Assembly: GCA_963666275.2 (NCBI GenBank)
Contig: CAXXOA010000002.1
Coordinates: forward strand, 800,001 to 864,000
Source of the DNA: Oceanispirochaeta sp.
Lineage (GTDB): Bacteria > Spirochaetota > Spirochaetia > DSM-2461
Direction of reading: 5' to 3'
Length of the DNA: 64,000 bases
How positions within the stretch are numbered: the first letter of the stretch is position 1; each line of letters begins with the position of its first letter. Of this stretch, positions 40,401 through 52,679 are shown piece after piece. The notes beneath the pieces were generated by a model that saw only the letters and a program-made list of their open reading frames with translations, ran no database searches and was not told the origin of the DNA. The position numbers were made by a program, and so were the translations under genes.

Positions 40401-41180
40401 ATGCAGACTGTCAGTATCAATAACAAAGATATTTATATCGTCAAATCCCACAATCAGGTTCTGGAGGCCTGGGAACCCGGAGAGAAGCAGAATCTTTTTT
40501 CTCTGGATTTTCATACAGATACCCGAAATGCTTTCTACAATTATGCCTACTGGCGAGCCCATAGTGAGGTGAATGCGGGAAAAGTCCCGGATCATAAAGT
40601 CCGGAAAAATGAGCTGATGGAAGAAAAAATCAGGCTGTATCGTAATAACAGAATGACCCTGGAACAGGTTAACGACAATCTGAAACATGATGAGCATCTG
40701 GATTTTGCAGTCAGAACAGAGATGATCGATACGGCGTTTATCCTGGCGAACAACACCAATAAGACCAGTTCCAATCCAAATGTTCACATTGTGAACAGTA
40801 AGGAAGAGTATGATAATCACAGGCTGATCGAGTACTCTCTCTCATCGGCAGACAGTGTAGAGACCGGCGACCAGGGCAGGGAGCAGATGGCTCACCGGGC
40901 AATAGAGTCTGAAGTCCTTGAAGAGGCCTTTTCGGTAGCCGAATCCTACAGGGAAACTTTTTTTGACAGGTTCATACTGGATATCGACTGCGATTATTTC
41001 AATACCGAACAGAGTCTCTATCCAGAAAACAGGGAGTCCTTTGAGAAACTCATCCGGGATTCGGAGTTTATAACCATTGCTCTGGAGCCGGAATGCGTGG
41101 ATATCTGCCGGTATGAGGGGCATGATCTGGACAGCCGGAAAATCCTGAAAAGGCTGCTTGCCATTATCGAACAGGTATAA
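40401..41180 (+). CDS. UPF0489-like protein (arginase/deacetylase-type metal motifs)
   Basis: SHNQVL, SLDFHTD, ILDIDCDYF and ITIALEPEC. Confidence 0.7.
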   Translation: MQTVSINNKDIYIVKSHNQVLEAWEPGEKQNLFSLDFHTDTRNAFYNYAYWRAHSEVNAGKVPDHKVRKNELMEEKIRLYRNNRMTLEQVNDNLKHDEHLDFAVRTEMIDTAFILANNTNKTSSNPNVHIVNSKEEYDNHRLIEYSLSSADSVETGDQGREQMAHRAIESEVLEEAFSVAESYRETFFDRFILDIDCDYFNTEQSLYPENRESFEKLIRDSEFITIALEPECVDICRYEGHDLDSRKILKRLLAIIEQV

Positions 41181-41424
41181 TTCAGTTTTTCCCTCTCCTA
41201 TATTGACATAGCTCCGGTTTTCCCTATATTTAGAACTTACAAACATAGCAGACAAAGGAACCTTAATGCTAACAATGTCTGCTTATATCTTTTAAATGTA
41301 AAGGTTTCTCCCTGTATTGAAGGGAGGCTTGAAGGTATAAGTAGTTTCTCTGTTAGTGATGTCCTGTTTGTAATCCCCCCGCAGAGAACCCCTTTCCTCT
41401 ATTCCTTTACACAAGGAGTTATGA

Positions 41425-41628
41425 ATGAGTAACAAATTGTGGTTTGTCACAAACGGTGTTCAGGTTATTTCTGTATTTGATAACAGAAACATGGCCGAGA
41501 GCGAAATGAAGAAGTATCAGGATGATCCTGATTACAGTTACTATGATTTTTATAACGTGGATATCGATGAACTGGAAGAGTATCCGGATGAGTACGATAT
41601 CGCTCTTGAGGAAGGGTTTATCGGCTGA
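41425..41628 (+). CDS. Small acidic hypothetical protein (67 aa)
   Basis: AAGGAG SD, its own promoter-like sequence and a downstream hairpin. Confidence 0.75.
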   Translation: MSNKLWFVTNGVQVISVFDNRNMAESEMKKYQDDPDYSYYDFYNVDIDELEEYPDEYDIALEEGFIG

Positions 41629-41636
41629 TTTCTTCA

Positions 41637-41661
41637 GGGAATTCCTTTTTAAGGAATTCCC
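41637..41661. terminator. Hairpin after the small acidic gene
   Basis: GGGAATTCCTT-TTT-AAGGAATTCCC perfect 11-bp stem; no T tract on the + strand. Confidence 0.45.
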
Positions 41662-41806
41662 GACAATATAATACCTTAAGGTAAAAAAAAGTATACAAAA
41701 CCTTTCTCTGTTTTTTTTTACTAAAAATAAACTTCAAATATTGTTAAAACCCTTTAATGAAGTATATATAATAATGAATAAGTTTATACTAAAATTGGAG
41801 GGTGGT

Positions 41807-42847
41807 TTGAAACGCAAGCACCAGGTATTTTCATTAATTTCTTTTATAATTCTAATTGCATTTGCAGGATGCAGCGGCGGAGGCAGTTCTCTGTCAAATG
41901 AAGACAGTGAATCCAATCCTGTTGAGGAAGTGGCTGTACTTAACTACAGTTTTGATTCCGATTTTGCCAATAACGGAATCATCAATGTGGATCTTATTCC
42001 CCTGGATTCCGCAGGAAACTTCACATCTATCGATTCGATTTCTGCCGTGGCCAGCTTTGATGACGGCCAGCCGGGAGTGACTGCCCGTGCGAATGTGGAT
42101 ATCAATCTGACAGTTCAGCTGAATCAGTATGTTCAGCCTACAGCCTCTTCTCTGCCCTGGGCCTTCGCTGTAGACATTGACAGCAGCGGCAGTATGAGCA
42201 CTAGTGATCCCAGTGATCTGAGAATTGATGCGGCAAAACTGTTTGTTGCTTCCATTCTGGGGGAAAAACCGACCAGTCAGTTCAATATTTATGATTTCGG
42301 TTACAGCTCAAACGGAACTTTTTCTGATACCCGTCAATTAACGGCCGACTGGACTTCTGATCAGACTACGATTGATGCCGCGATTGATCAGGTCGTCGCA
42401 TCCGGAGGGACTCCCCTGTACGATTCCATTTATGAGATTCTTCAGAAATTCACTACTGAAAAGGATGCTTCATCCTATCAGAGAGCCATGCTGGTTCTTT
42501 CTGACGGGTCTCCTAACAGCTATACTTATGAGCAGGATGTGTATGACTATTCTGTAGCCAACAATATTCCCATCAACTCTGTGTCACTGGGTAGCGGCTC
42601 CTATGAACAGAATATGAAGGACTTGGCAGATGAGACTGGAGGTGTTTATACCAAAGCCGTAGATGCCGCTTCACTCAGTACAGCTTTCCAGAATATCTCT
42701 CTGGGAACTTCAAACGGTTATATGGACTACAATCTTGTTTTTCCCGATCCCTCTGTTCTGCCCAATGGAACCAGTACCACTGTAAATGTCACTGTGACGA
42801 TCAGTGCCGGCGGGACAACTCAGACCGCTTCTTTTACTCTGAACTGA
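41807..42847 (+). CDS. vWA-domain lipoprotein
   Basis: TTG start after GGAGG; lipobox FAG-C; MIDAS DSSGSM, GGTPL and LSDG. Confidence 0.8.
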   Translation: MKRKHQVFSLISFIILIAFAGCSGGGSSLSNEDSESNPVEEVAVLNYSFDSDFANNGIINVDLIPLDSAGNFTSIDSISAVASFDDGQPGVTARANVDINLTVQLNQYVQPTASSLPWAFAVDIDSSGSMSTSDPSDLRIDAAKLFVASILGEKPTSQFNIYDFGYSSNGTFSDTRQLTADWTSDQTTIDAAIDQVVASGGTPLYDSIYEILQKFTTEKDASSYQRAMLVLSDGSPNSYTYEQDVYDYSVANNIPINSVSLGSGSYEQNMKDLADETGGVYTKAVDAASLSTAFQNISLGTSNGYMDYNLVFPDPSVLPNGTSTTVNVTVTISAGGTTQTASFTLN

Positions 42848-42866
42848 TCTCAACCAATTCTGAGAA

Positions 42867-42908
42867 AACAGGTGCTACGGAATCTTCGGATTCTTCGCAG
42901 CACCTGTT
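42867..42908. terminator. Hairpin between the convergent vWA and beta-galactosidase genes
   Basis: AACAGGTGCT...GAATC-TTCG-GATTC...AGCACCTGTT. Confidence 0.65.
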
Positions 42909-42920
42909 ATTATAGATCTA

Positions 42921-46094
<3,174 letters not shown>

Positions 46095-46199
46095 TTACCT
46101 CCCGGGTATATAACCTTGTTCTAGTCCTTTTACACTTGCTTTTACATGAGTGTTCTGGTAAAAAACATATGTAAAATGGTATATCCGGGACTGGAGAAA

Positions 46200-47015
46200 A
46201 TGCAAGAAACAATTCTCTTTCGCTCTCTGGGCGATCAGGAGGACCGTCAGCGGGTGGGCTGCGGCTTCATGTTCAAGCCCGATATCACCCGGGACGAAAC
46301 GGATTCCCTGTTCTCCACCTATGCCATTGTCTATGTCCTCCGGGGGGAGGGGACCTATATAGGTCCCGACGGGATATCCCGCCCCATGGCTGGGGGGACA
46401 CTTTTTCAGCGATTTCCGGGGATACGCCACTCAACAGTACTGAATCCTTCCAGTAACTGGGCGGAATGCTTCCTGGATTTCGGGCCGGGTTTCTATGACA
46501 TGCTGAAGCGGATCCGGGTCGTCAGACCCGAAGAGTATACCCTGCAGCTTAAGGGGAATTTCCGGATAGAGCAGACCATCTACCGCTATTTGAAGCATCT
46601 GGAGAAGGCGGAAGAGAGGGAGCTTCCCGGTCTGAGCCTTGAAATGATGCAGTATGCGGCCTCCCTGCTTCAGCAGGCCCGGGAGGGAAGTCCCGATCAC
46701 TACTGGGGAAGGGTTGAGAAAAGCTGCCGGGATTTTGCTCTTTTGACTTCCCGGCGTGTGGATCTGAAAGAGTACTGCCGGCAGAACGGCTGGGGATATG
46801 AGAAATTCCGGAAGAGTTTTGTCGAGAAGATGGGAATCTCCCCCAAACATTATCTGATACAGAGGCGGATCGACGAAGCCTGCCGGCTGCTCAGATCAAA
46901 CAGGCACAGTGTTAAGGAAATTGCGGAAATTCTGGGGTATTCATCGCCTTTCGAGTTTTCCGCCCAGTTCAAACGGGTCACAGGAGTTTCTCCCCGTGAG
47001 TTCGGCAGGAAGTGA
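46200..47015 (+). CDS. AraC family regulator divergent from lacZ
   Basis: C-terminal VKEIAEILGYSSPFEFSAQFKR; the ATG at 46200 follows GGAG. Confidence 0.88.
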   Translation: MQETILFRSLGDQEDRQRVGCGFMFKPDITRDETDSLFSTYAIVYVLRGEGTYIGPDGISRPMAGGTLFQRFPGIRHSTVLNPSSNWAECFLDFGPGFYDMLKRIRVVRPEEYTLQLKGNFRIEQTIYRYLKHLEKAEERELPGLSLEMMQYAASLLQQAREGSPDHYWGRVEKSCRDFALLTSRRVDLKEYCRQNGWGYEKFRKSFVEKMGISPKHYLIQRRIDEACRLLRSNRHSVKEIAEILGYSSPFEFSAQFKRVTGVSPREFGRK

Positions 47016-47076
47016 AAACTGCTTGAATTGCGGAAGAAAAGCTGGATTTCCCGGCTCTTTCAGAGTAATATAAATA

Positions 47077-47099
47077 GAATAGGTTCGTCGAATAAGTTC
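47077..47099. promoter_or_regulatory. Paired GAAT-N2-RTTC boxes upstream of tetR (candidate operator)
   Basis: GAATAGGTTC and GAATAAGTTC; the same motif recurs at 47920 and 47946. Confidence 0.5.
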
Positions 47100-47326
47100 T
47101 ACTTATTTGATTCCAATAGCCATTTCAGCAAAATCCGGTAATTTCTGAAGCCCGTAAGGAATGGAAGGAAGAGTATTTGAAATTGTTTTTCTTTAGATAT
47201 CACTATATGATTGTCAGTGAAATTTCTGTTTTTCAGTTTTTTCTATCCGAAACGGGAGAAACAGATCTGAAATAAAAGGAACGGAAACTATATACCATGA
47301 GATCTATCAGGAATTAGGAGTTTTGA

Positions 47327-47920
47327 ATGGGACAGGTAAAAAAAAATAAGAGAACCCTCCAGGCTGAGGAAACCAAACAGAAAATTTATGAATCCGCTAT
47401 TACCATGATTAAGCAGAAGGGATTCGAAAATGTTACCATTCAGGATATCAATAAACATGCCGGAGTCTCTGTAGGGACTTTCTATCATTATTATAAATCC
47501 AAAGAAGATGTCTTTTTCGAGCTCTATCGCTTTGCTGACGAGTATTTCGAAGATACCGTCTTTCCCAAACTCTTTTCAGAAGATTTCACTACCAGTGAAA
47601 GGATCCTCCTGTTTTTTCAGAATTATGCCGGCTTCAATGTCAAACACGGCATCGACTATGTCAGTCAGTTATACAATACAAAGAACAAACTGTTTATCTC
47701 CCGGGACCGTTATATGCTGGATCTCCTGCTTCGGATAGTTCAGGAGGGACAGAAGAAAGATGAAATCAAAAACAGCATGGATCCGGAAGAGATCATCGAG
47801 GATCTGTTTATCGTGAGCAGAGGAATTGTTTTCGACTGGTGCCTCCATGAAGGAAATTACGATCTCGAGAAGAAAATGCATAAGCATTTGAAGAGGCATT
47901 TGGCCATTTTTTGTAAATAG
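47327..47920 (+). CDS. TetR/AcrR family transcriptional regulator
   Basis: GFENVTIQDINKHAGVSVGTFYHYYKSKE HTH. Confidence 0.93.
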   Translation: MGQVKKNKRTLQAEETKQKIYESAITMIKQKGFENVTIQDINKHAGVSVGTFYHYYKSKEDVFFELYRFADEYFEDTVFPKLFSEDFTTSERILLFFQNYAGFNVKHGIDYVSQLYNTKNKLFISRDRYMLDLLLRIVQEGQKKDEIKNSMDPEEIIEDLFIVSRGIVFDWCLHEGNYDLEKKMHKHLKRHLAIFCK

Positions 47921-47992
47921 AATCGATTCATAGAAAAAATTCGCCGAATGTGTTCGATAAAACTTGACAGCTGGGAATTTCGCCCCTATCAT
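47920..47992 (+). promoter_or_regulatory. Sigma-70 promoter of the oxidoreductase operon with two upstream GAAT-N2-RTTC boxes
   Basis: TTGACA(47964)-N17-TATCAT(47987); GAATCGATTC at 47920 and GAATGTGTTC at 47946. Confidence 0.6.
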
Positions 47993-48098
47993 GAATCAAG
48001 TAGTTTATCTAACACATCACAACTCATTGAATTCTTCCGTACAATCCGAAGGTTTGATAAGTCATGATGTACATTGAAATCTTTTACTGGAGATGAAC

Positions 48099-49562
48099 AT
48101 GAGCGACACATTGAATCGATTGATTGGTATTGTTGGAAAAGACCGGGTTGTGGAAAATCCGGATTTTACCAGTGATACTGTCGGTTGCAGAGCCGTTAAA
48201 GAGCCGATGCAGCCGGAATTCCTCGTTAAACCTTCCAATACGGAACAGGTTCAGGAAATTGTTAAGATGGCAAGTGAATCAGCCATTCCCCTTATCCCTG
48301 TCAGTTCCAGCGGTCCCCATATAACAGGGGGCGTATCTGCCAGTGCACCCGGTGCCATTGTGGTGGATATGAGTGGAATGAACAAAATTCTTAAAGTGAA
48401 CAGACGGCATCGCCTGGCTTTGATCCAGCCTGGTGTTACCTGGGATCAGCTGGCAGCGGAGCTTGCTGAAAACGGACTGAGAATTCCCCAGCCTCTGCTT
48501 CCGAAAAAAGGGAAATCCGTTATTGCCTCCCTGCTGGACAGAGAGCCCCTTCTTTCGCCCAAGTATCAGTGGAATATGACGGAACCACTCCGGTCTATGG
48601 AGATCGTCTTCGGAACAGGAGACATCGTCTACAGCGGTATGGGAGGTCATAGAGGTGAAAAAGAAGAGAACTGGGAAAACGGTGAAATTCCCGTAACCAA
48701 TGCGGGTCCCCATCAGTTTGACTTTATCAAAATGGTTACAGCTTCTCAGGGTACCTTTGGTATTGTTACCTGGGCCTCGGTCAGAGTCGAAGCTGCCACG
48801 ACTGTGGAAAAGCCTGTTTTTGCCGAAGCCGCCTCCCTGGAAGCCCTCTCTAATTATATGTATAAGAATCTGAAATTCCGCTTTGGCGACGAGGTCTGCC
48901 TTTTCAACAGAAAAGCCATGGCCAGTATTCTGGCAGAGACGGGAGATTCTATATCGTTATACGAAAGCAATCTTTCAAACTGGACCGCCATGATCAATAT
49001 CAAATGGGGAGCCCTCCGTGCGAAAGAGAAAGTAGAGGTTCAGGAAGCGGATGTCATGGATATCGCCCAGGAGAACGGCCTGGTTCCGACAGCCTCTGTA
49101 GCGGGACTGCCCGCGGCGGAAGTGACGGGAAAAGTTCTGGCATTGCCTTCGGAAGAGAGCTGGAAAGACAGGAAAACAGGAAAGTCCAAAGAGATTTTCT
49201 TCCTGTCCACTCTGGATAAAATCCCCGGTCAGCTCAAGGCTGCTGCCGCTCTGGCGGACAAGCACGGTTATGCCTTTGCAGAATGCCCCGTATATATTCA
49301 GCCCCTTCATCAGGGAACCGCTGCCCATTGTCATATAGTCCTTCCTGTAACAGGAAATGAAGCGGAGACAGAAGAGTTTGCCGCCCTGTACCGTGACTTG
49401 AGCAGAGAACTTATGAACGCCGGAGCATTTTACTCCAGACCTTACGGTATCTGGGCGGATCTGGTTTATGACAGGAATGCCCAGAATACAATTCTTACCA
49501 GCAAGATGAAAGATATCTTCGATCCGAAGCATATCATGAATCCTGGAAAACTGTGCTTCTAG
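48099..49562 (+). CDS. FAD-binding oxidoreductase (VAO/PCMH, GlcD-like superfamily)
   Basis: VKPSNTEQVQEIVK, VDMSGMNKIL, QPGVTW, SQGTFGIVT and C-terminal FDPKHIMNPGKL. Confidence 0.85.
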   Translation: MSDTLNRLIGIVGKDRVVENPDFTSDTVGCRAVKEPMQPEFLVKPSNTEQVQEIVKMASESAIPLIPVSSSGPHITGGVSASAPGAIVVDMSGMNKILKVNRRHRLALIQPGVTWDQLAAELAENGLRIPQPLLPKKGKSVIASLLDREPLLSPKYQWNMTEPLRSMEIVFGTGDIVYSGMGGHRGEKEENWENGEIPVTNAGPHQFDFIKMVTASQGTFGIVTWASVRVEAATTVEKPVFAEAASLEALSNYMYKNLKFRFGDEVCLFNRKAMASILAETGDSISLYESNLSNWTAMINIKWGALRAKEKVEVQEADVMDIAQENGLVPTASVAGLPAAEVTGKVLALPSEESWKDRKTGKSKEIFFLSTLDKIPGQLKAAAALADKHGYAFAECPVYIQPLHQGTAAHCHIVLPVTGNEAETEEFAALYRDLSRELMNAGAFYSRPYGIWADLVYDRNAQNTILTSKMKDIFDPKHIMNPGKLCF

Positions 49563-49578
49563 GAGAGGGGAGGAAATT

Positions 49579-50847
49579 ATGTCATTGAAAGATTTTACTA
49601 AAGAGATAGAAAGGTGCAGCGCCTGTTCCTACTGTAAGTGGATTCCTTTTGATCAGGTGAAAAGCTGGCGGTATTCAAAAAACTGTCCCAGCATCGATTA
49701 TTATAACTTCAACAACTATTCCGCCAGAGGCCGGTATCTGACAAGCCGCTCCATCTTAAGAGATGAGATCGAACTGACAGACGAGGTTATGGACATTGCC
49801 CATACCTGCCTTAGCTGCGGCGCCTGTGATGTATCCTGTAAAATCGCACGGTACAACCTGGAACCTCTGGACATGACCAGGGATCTGAAGGCTGAACTGG
49901 TGGAGAAAGGGAAATATCCCGAAGCCCATAAGGCCATACTGAAAAACCTTGAGAAAGAACTGAATGTCTTCGGTAAGGACAAGAAAAAACGGGGCGACTG
50001 GGCCAAAGGCCTGGGAATCAAGGACCTGACAAAAGAGAAAGCGGAAGTGGTTTTTCATGCCGGCTGCAGCTACAGTTTTGATGAGAAGTTGAGCGGAACT
50101 GTACAGACGGCGGTGAAAATTCTCCAGAAAGCCGGAGTGGACTTCGGTATCATGGGAAATGCGGAGATGTGCTGCGGAGCCAAAGCGTATTCCATGGGAC
50201 ATTATGATGAGTTCCAGAAACTGGCAGATCCGAATATGAAACTCTGGGAGAAAGCCGGTGTCACCACCATTGTGACAGCCTGTTCCGACGGATATCATGC
50301 TTTTAAAAGAGTCTATCCCCAGTACGGAAGCAAGTTCAAAGTCATGCACATTGTGGAGTACATAGATCAGCTTATAAAAGAGGGGAAACTCACTTTCACA
50401 AAAGAAGTCCCTATGACAGTTACCTACCATGATCCCTGTCATCTGGGAAGGCTGGGTGAACCTTATGAAGAGTGGAATGGCGAGGAAACTACCTATAAAA
50501 ACCAGATCATTGTGCATACCCCCCGCAAACCCCGGTACAACGGAATCAAGGGAATCTACGATGAACCCAGACATATACTGGAAAGTATTCCCGGTGTGAA
50601 ACTGCTGGAAATGGAAAGGATCCGGGAGTACAGCTACTGCTGCGGAGCCGGCGGGGGAGCCAAAGAGAGCTATCCCGAGTTTTCCAACTGGGTTGCTGGA
50701 GAGAGACTGGATGAAGCGGTATCTACCGGTGCGGAAACGATGATTACCGCCTGTCCCTGGTGTAAGACGAATTTTACTGATGCTCAGAGTGAGAGCAGTT
50801 CCATGAAAATTCTTGATATTCTCGATCTTGTGCAGATGGCACTGTAA
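49579..50847 (+). CDS. Fe-S oxidoreductase with two ferredoxin-type clusters and two CCG domains (GlcF/HdrD-like)
   Basis: CSACSYC..CP, CLSCGACDVSC, EMCCG, YHDPCHLGR, YCCGAGGG and TACPWC. Confidence 0.88.
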   Translation: MSLKDFTKEIERCSACSYCKWIPFDQVKSWRYSKNCPSIDYYNFNNYSARGRYLTSRSILRDEIELTDEVMDIAHTCLSCGACDVSCKIARYNLEPLDMTRDLKAELVEKGKYPEAHKAILKNLEKELNVFGKDKKKRGDWAKGLGIKDLTKEKAEVVFHAGCSYSFDEKLSGTVQTAVKILQKAGVDFGIMGNAEMCCGAKAYSMGHYDEFQKLADPNMKLWEKAGVTTIVTACSDGYHAFKRVYPQYGSKFKVMHIVEYIDQLIKEGKLTFTKEVPMTVTYHDPCHLGRLGEPYEEWNGEETTYKNQIIVHTPRKPRYNGIKGIYDEPRHILESIPGVKLLEMERIREYSYCCGAGGGAKESYPEFSNWVAGERLDEAVSTGAETMITACPWCKTNFTDAQSESSSMKILDILDLVQMAL

Positions 50848-50862
50848 TCAAGGAGATGCAAA

Positions 50863-52521
50863 ATGAGTTTAACAGATACGCAATATAAAGAACTGGAAAC
50901 GATCGTAGGTAAAAGGAATATCTCCAGAGATCCGGGAGTTCTTGACGGTTACCGCTACAATCTGGCACATACGGCGATTCATCTGGGACCCCACTTTGAT
51001 GTTCTGACTCCCCGGGGTCTGGCAGTACTTCTGCCGGGAAATACGGAAGAGGTCCAGAAAATTGTAAAATGGTGCAACAGAAACGGAATCAAGTACAAAC
51101 CGTCTTCCACTTTCTGGTCTGCCCAGGGATACCCCTGTGATGACAATACCCTTGTGCTGGATATGCGCAGGATGGATAAAATCCTGTCGATCGATGCGAA
51201 GAATATGATTGCCGTTGTGGAGCCCGGTGTTATCGGGGCGACCCTTCAGGCTGAAGTTATGAAAGTAGGACTGAACTGCCATATTCAGGGTTCAGGCTGT
51301 TCCTGTTCCATCCTGGCGGGTGCTACAGCATGGCTGGGATCCGGTCCCGGTAACCTTTATGCGGGATGGCAGTATGAAAACCTGCTCGGAGCCGAGTGGG
51401 TGCTTCCCACCGGAGAGGTTGTCAGAACAGGATCCCTGGGTTATGACGACGACGCCTGGTACTGCGGCGAGGGTCCCGGACCCAGTATGCGTGGTGTCAT
51501 AAGAGGTATGTTCGGTTCGAAAGGGTCTCTGGGAACATTTACAAAGTGTGCCGTAAAACTGCACGCCTGGCCCGGTCCCAACCATCTGCCTGTGTACGGA
51601 AAGGCTCCTGCCTATACCACAAAGCTTCCTGATAACTTTGCGGCTTTTACGCTGGGATTCCCCGACTGGCAGGCCTGGGCTGATACAGCCCATCTCCTCT
51701 GGGAAAACGGGATCGGATACTCTGCCCACAGACAGTTCAACTTTCTGGGAAGGGATCTCAAATGGGGTATGATTCAGATCCTTACTGATCCTGAAAAAAC
51801 CATTTCCGACCTGGAGGGCCTCGTCAATGAACCGGGCTTCAAGGAAGTCAACGATTCCATGAAAATTGACTTCCAGCTGATCATGGCCGGTATGACCCAG
51901 CGTGACTTTGACTGGCAGAGGGAAACTCTCGACGAGATCCTGAAAATAACAGGAGGCTATATTGTCGAGTGCATGGATACGGAGCACCTGGAAAACTACA
52001 CCCTTCTGTATCTGCTGAGGCTGGGACACAAGTCTCTCAACTTGGTCTACGGCGGTGGTTATGACGGAAACTTCGGTATGATCAATGCTATCGATTTCGG
52101 TGCCCAGCGGGCCGAAGAAGCCGGAGCCCTCAAACTGGAATGGGAGAAAAAAGGTCAGATCGTTGCCGGAGGCGGTGACTGTATGATGGGACCCATCGGT
52201 GGTCAGGGGGGAGGCGGAACCGGTCTGTGGGAAAACTTTACCTGTTTCGACAGTGCCAGCAAAGAATCCACAGACGGTGCTCTGGCTTTCTTTGATGCCT
52301 CTTTTGAGTATGCCAAGTCCAAAGGCTGGAGCGGAAGCGGTTTTGAGAAACTGAACTCCATGGCCCGGGGTTACGATGGATACTCTACTCCCAAAGAGAT
52401 CAGGGACAAGGGCCATGCTGGCAGTCCCAATGCAACAGCATTTCGTTATCAGGCAAAGGTCTACAGATCTTTGAATCCCAACGATATGGGTGATACCTAT
52501 TACGAGATACTGGAAGACTGA
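50863..52521 (+). CDS. FAD-binding oxidoreductase (VAO/PCMH superfamily), second paralogue
   Basis: LLPGNTEEVQKIVK, LDMRRMDKIL, VEPGV, EWVLPTGEVVRTGS and GPGPSMRG. Confidence 0.85.
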   Translation: MSLTDTQYKELETIVGKRNISRDPGVLDGYRYNLAHTAIHLGPHFDVLTPRGLAVLLPGNTEEVQKIVKWCNRNGIKYKPSSTFWSAQGYPCDDNTLVLDMRRMDKILSIDAKNMIAVVEPGVIGATLQAEVMKVGLNCHIQGSGCSCSILAGATAWLGSGPGNLYAGWQYENLLGAEWVLPTGEVVRTGSLGYDDDAWYCGEGPGPSMRGVIRGMFGSKGSLGTFTKCAVKLHAWPGPNHLPVYGKAPAYTTKLPDNFAAFTLGFPDWQAWADTAHLLWENGIGYSAHRQFNFLGRDLKWGMIQILTDPEKTISDLEGLVNEPGFKEVNDSMKIDFQLIMAGMTQRDFDWQRETLDEILKITGGYIVECMDTEHLENYTLLYLLRLGHKSLNLVYGGGYDGNFGMINAIDFGAQRAEEAGALKLEWEKKGQIVAGGGDCMMGPIGGQGGGGTGLWENFTCFDSASKESTDGALAFFDASFEYAKSKGWSGSGFEKLNSMARGYDGYSTPKEIRDKGHAGSPNATAFRYQAKVYRSLNPNDMGDTYYEILED

Positions 52522-52528
52522 AAGTAAT

Positions 52529-52551
52529 ACCGGGGGCTTCGGCCGCCCGGT
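52529..52551 (+). terminator. GC hairpin with a UUCG loop inside the cluster (terminator or stability element)
   Basis: ACCGGGGGC-TTCG-GCCGCCCGGT followed by TGATTTT. Confidence 0.45.
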
Positions 52552-52679
52552 TGATTTTAAAAAAATTAGGTACTTGGTCTCTGGATTGTTGGTGTAACGA
52601 TGGTGCTGGCAGGCATGATTATTCCAGCGTAAATCCGGATCAGAACAGACTTGCTGTTTTTAAGGAGGAATGAAAAACT

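Noticed and set aside
41300..41345. AGGT...AAGGGAG segment as a cobalamin riboswitch
   Set aside because: It lacks the GGGAA-GGTG-AATCC core and the B12 box; kept only as an unclassified structured leader.
47077..47099. GAA...TTC boxes as a Gram-positive LexA SOS box
   Set aside because: The spacing and sequence (GAAT-N2-RTTC) do not fit GAAC-N4-GTTC, and the neighbours are not repair genes.
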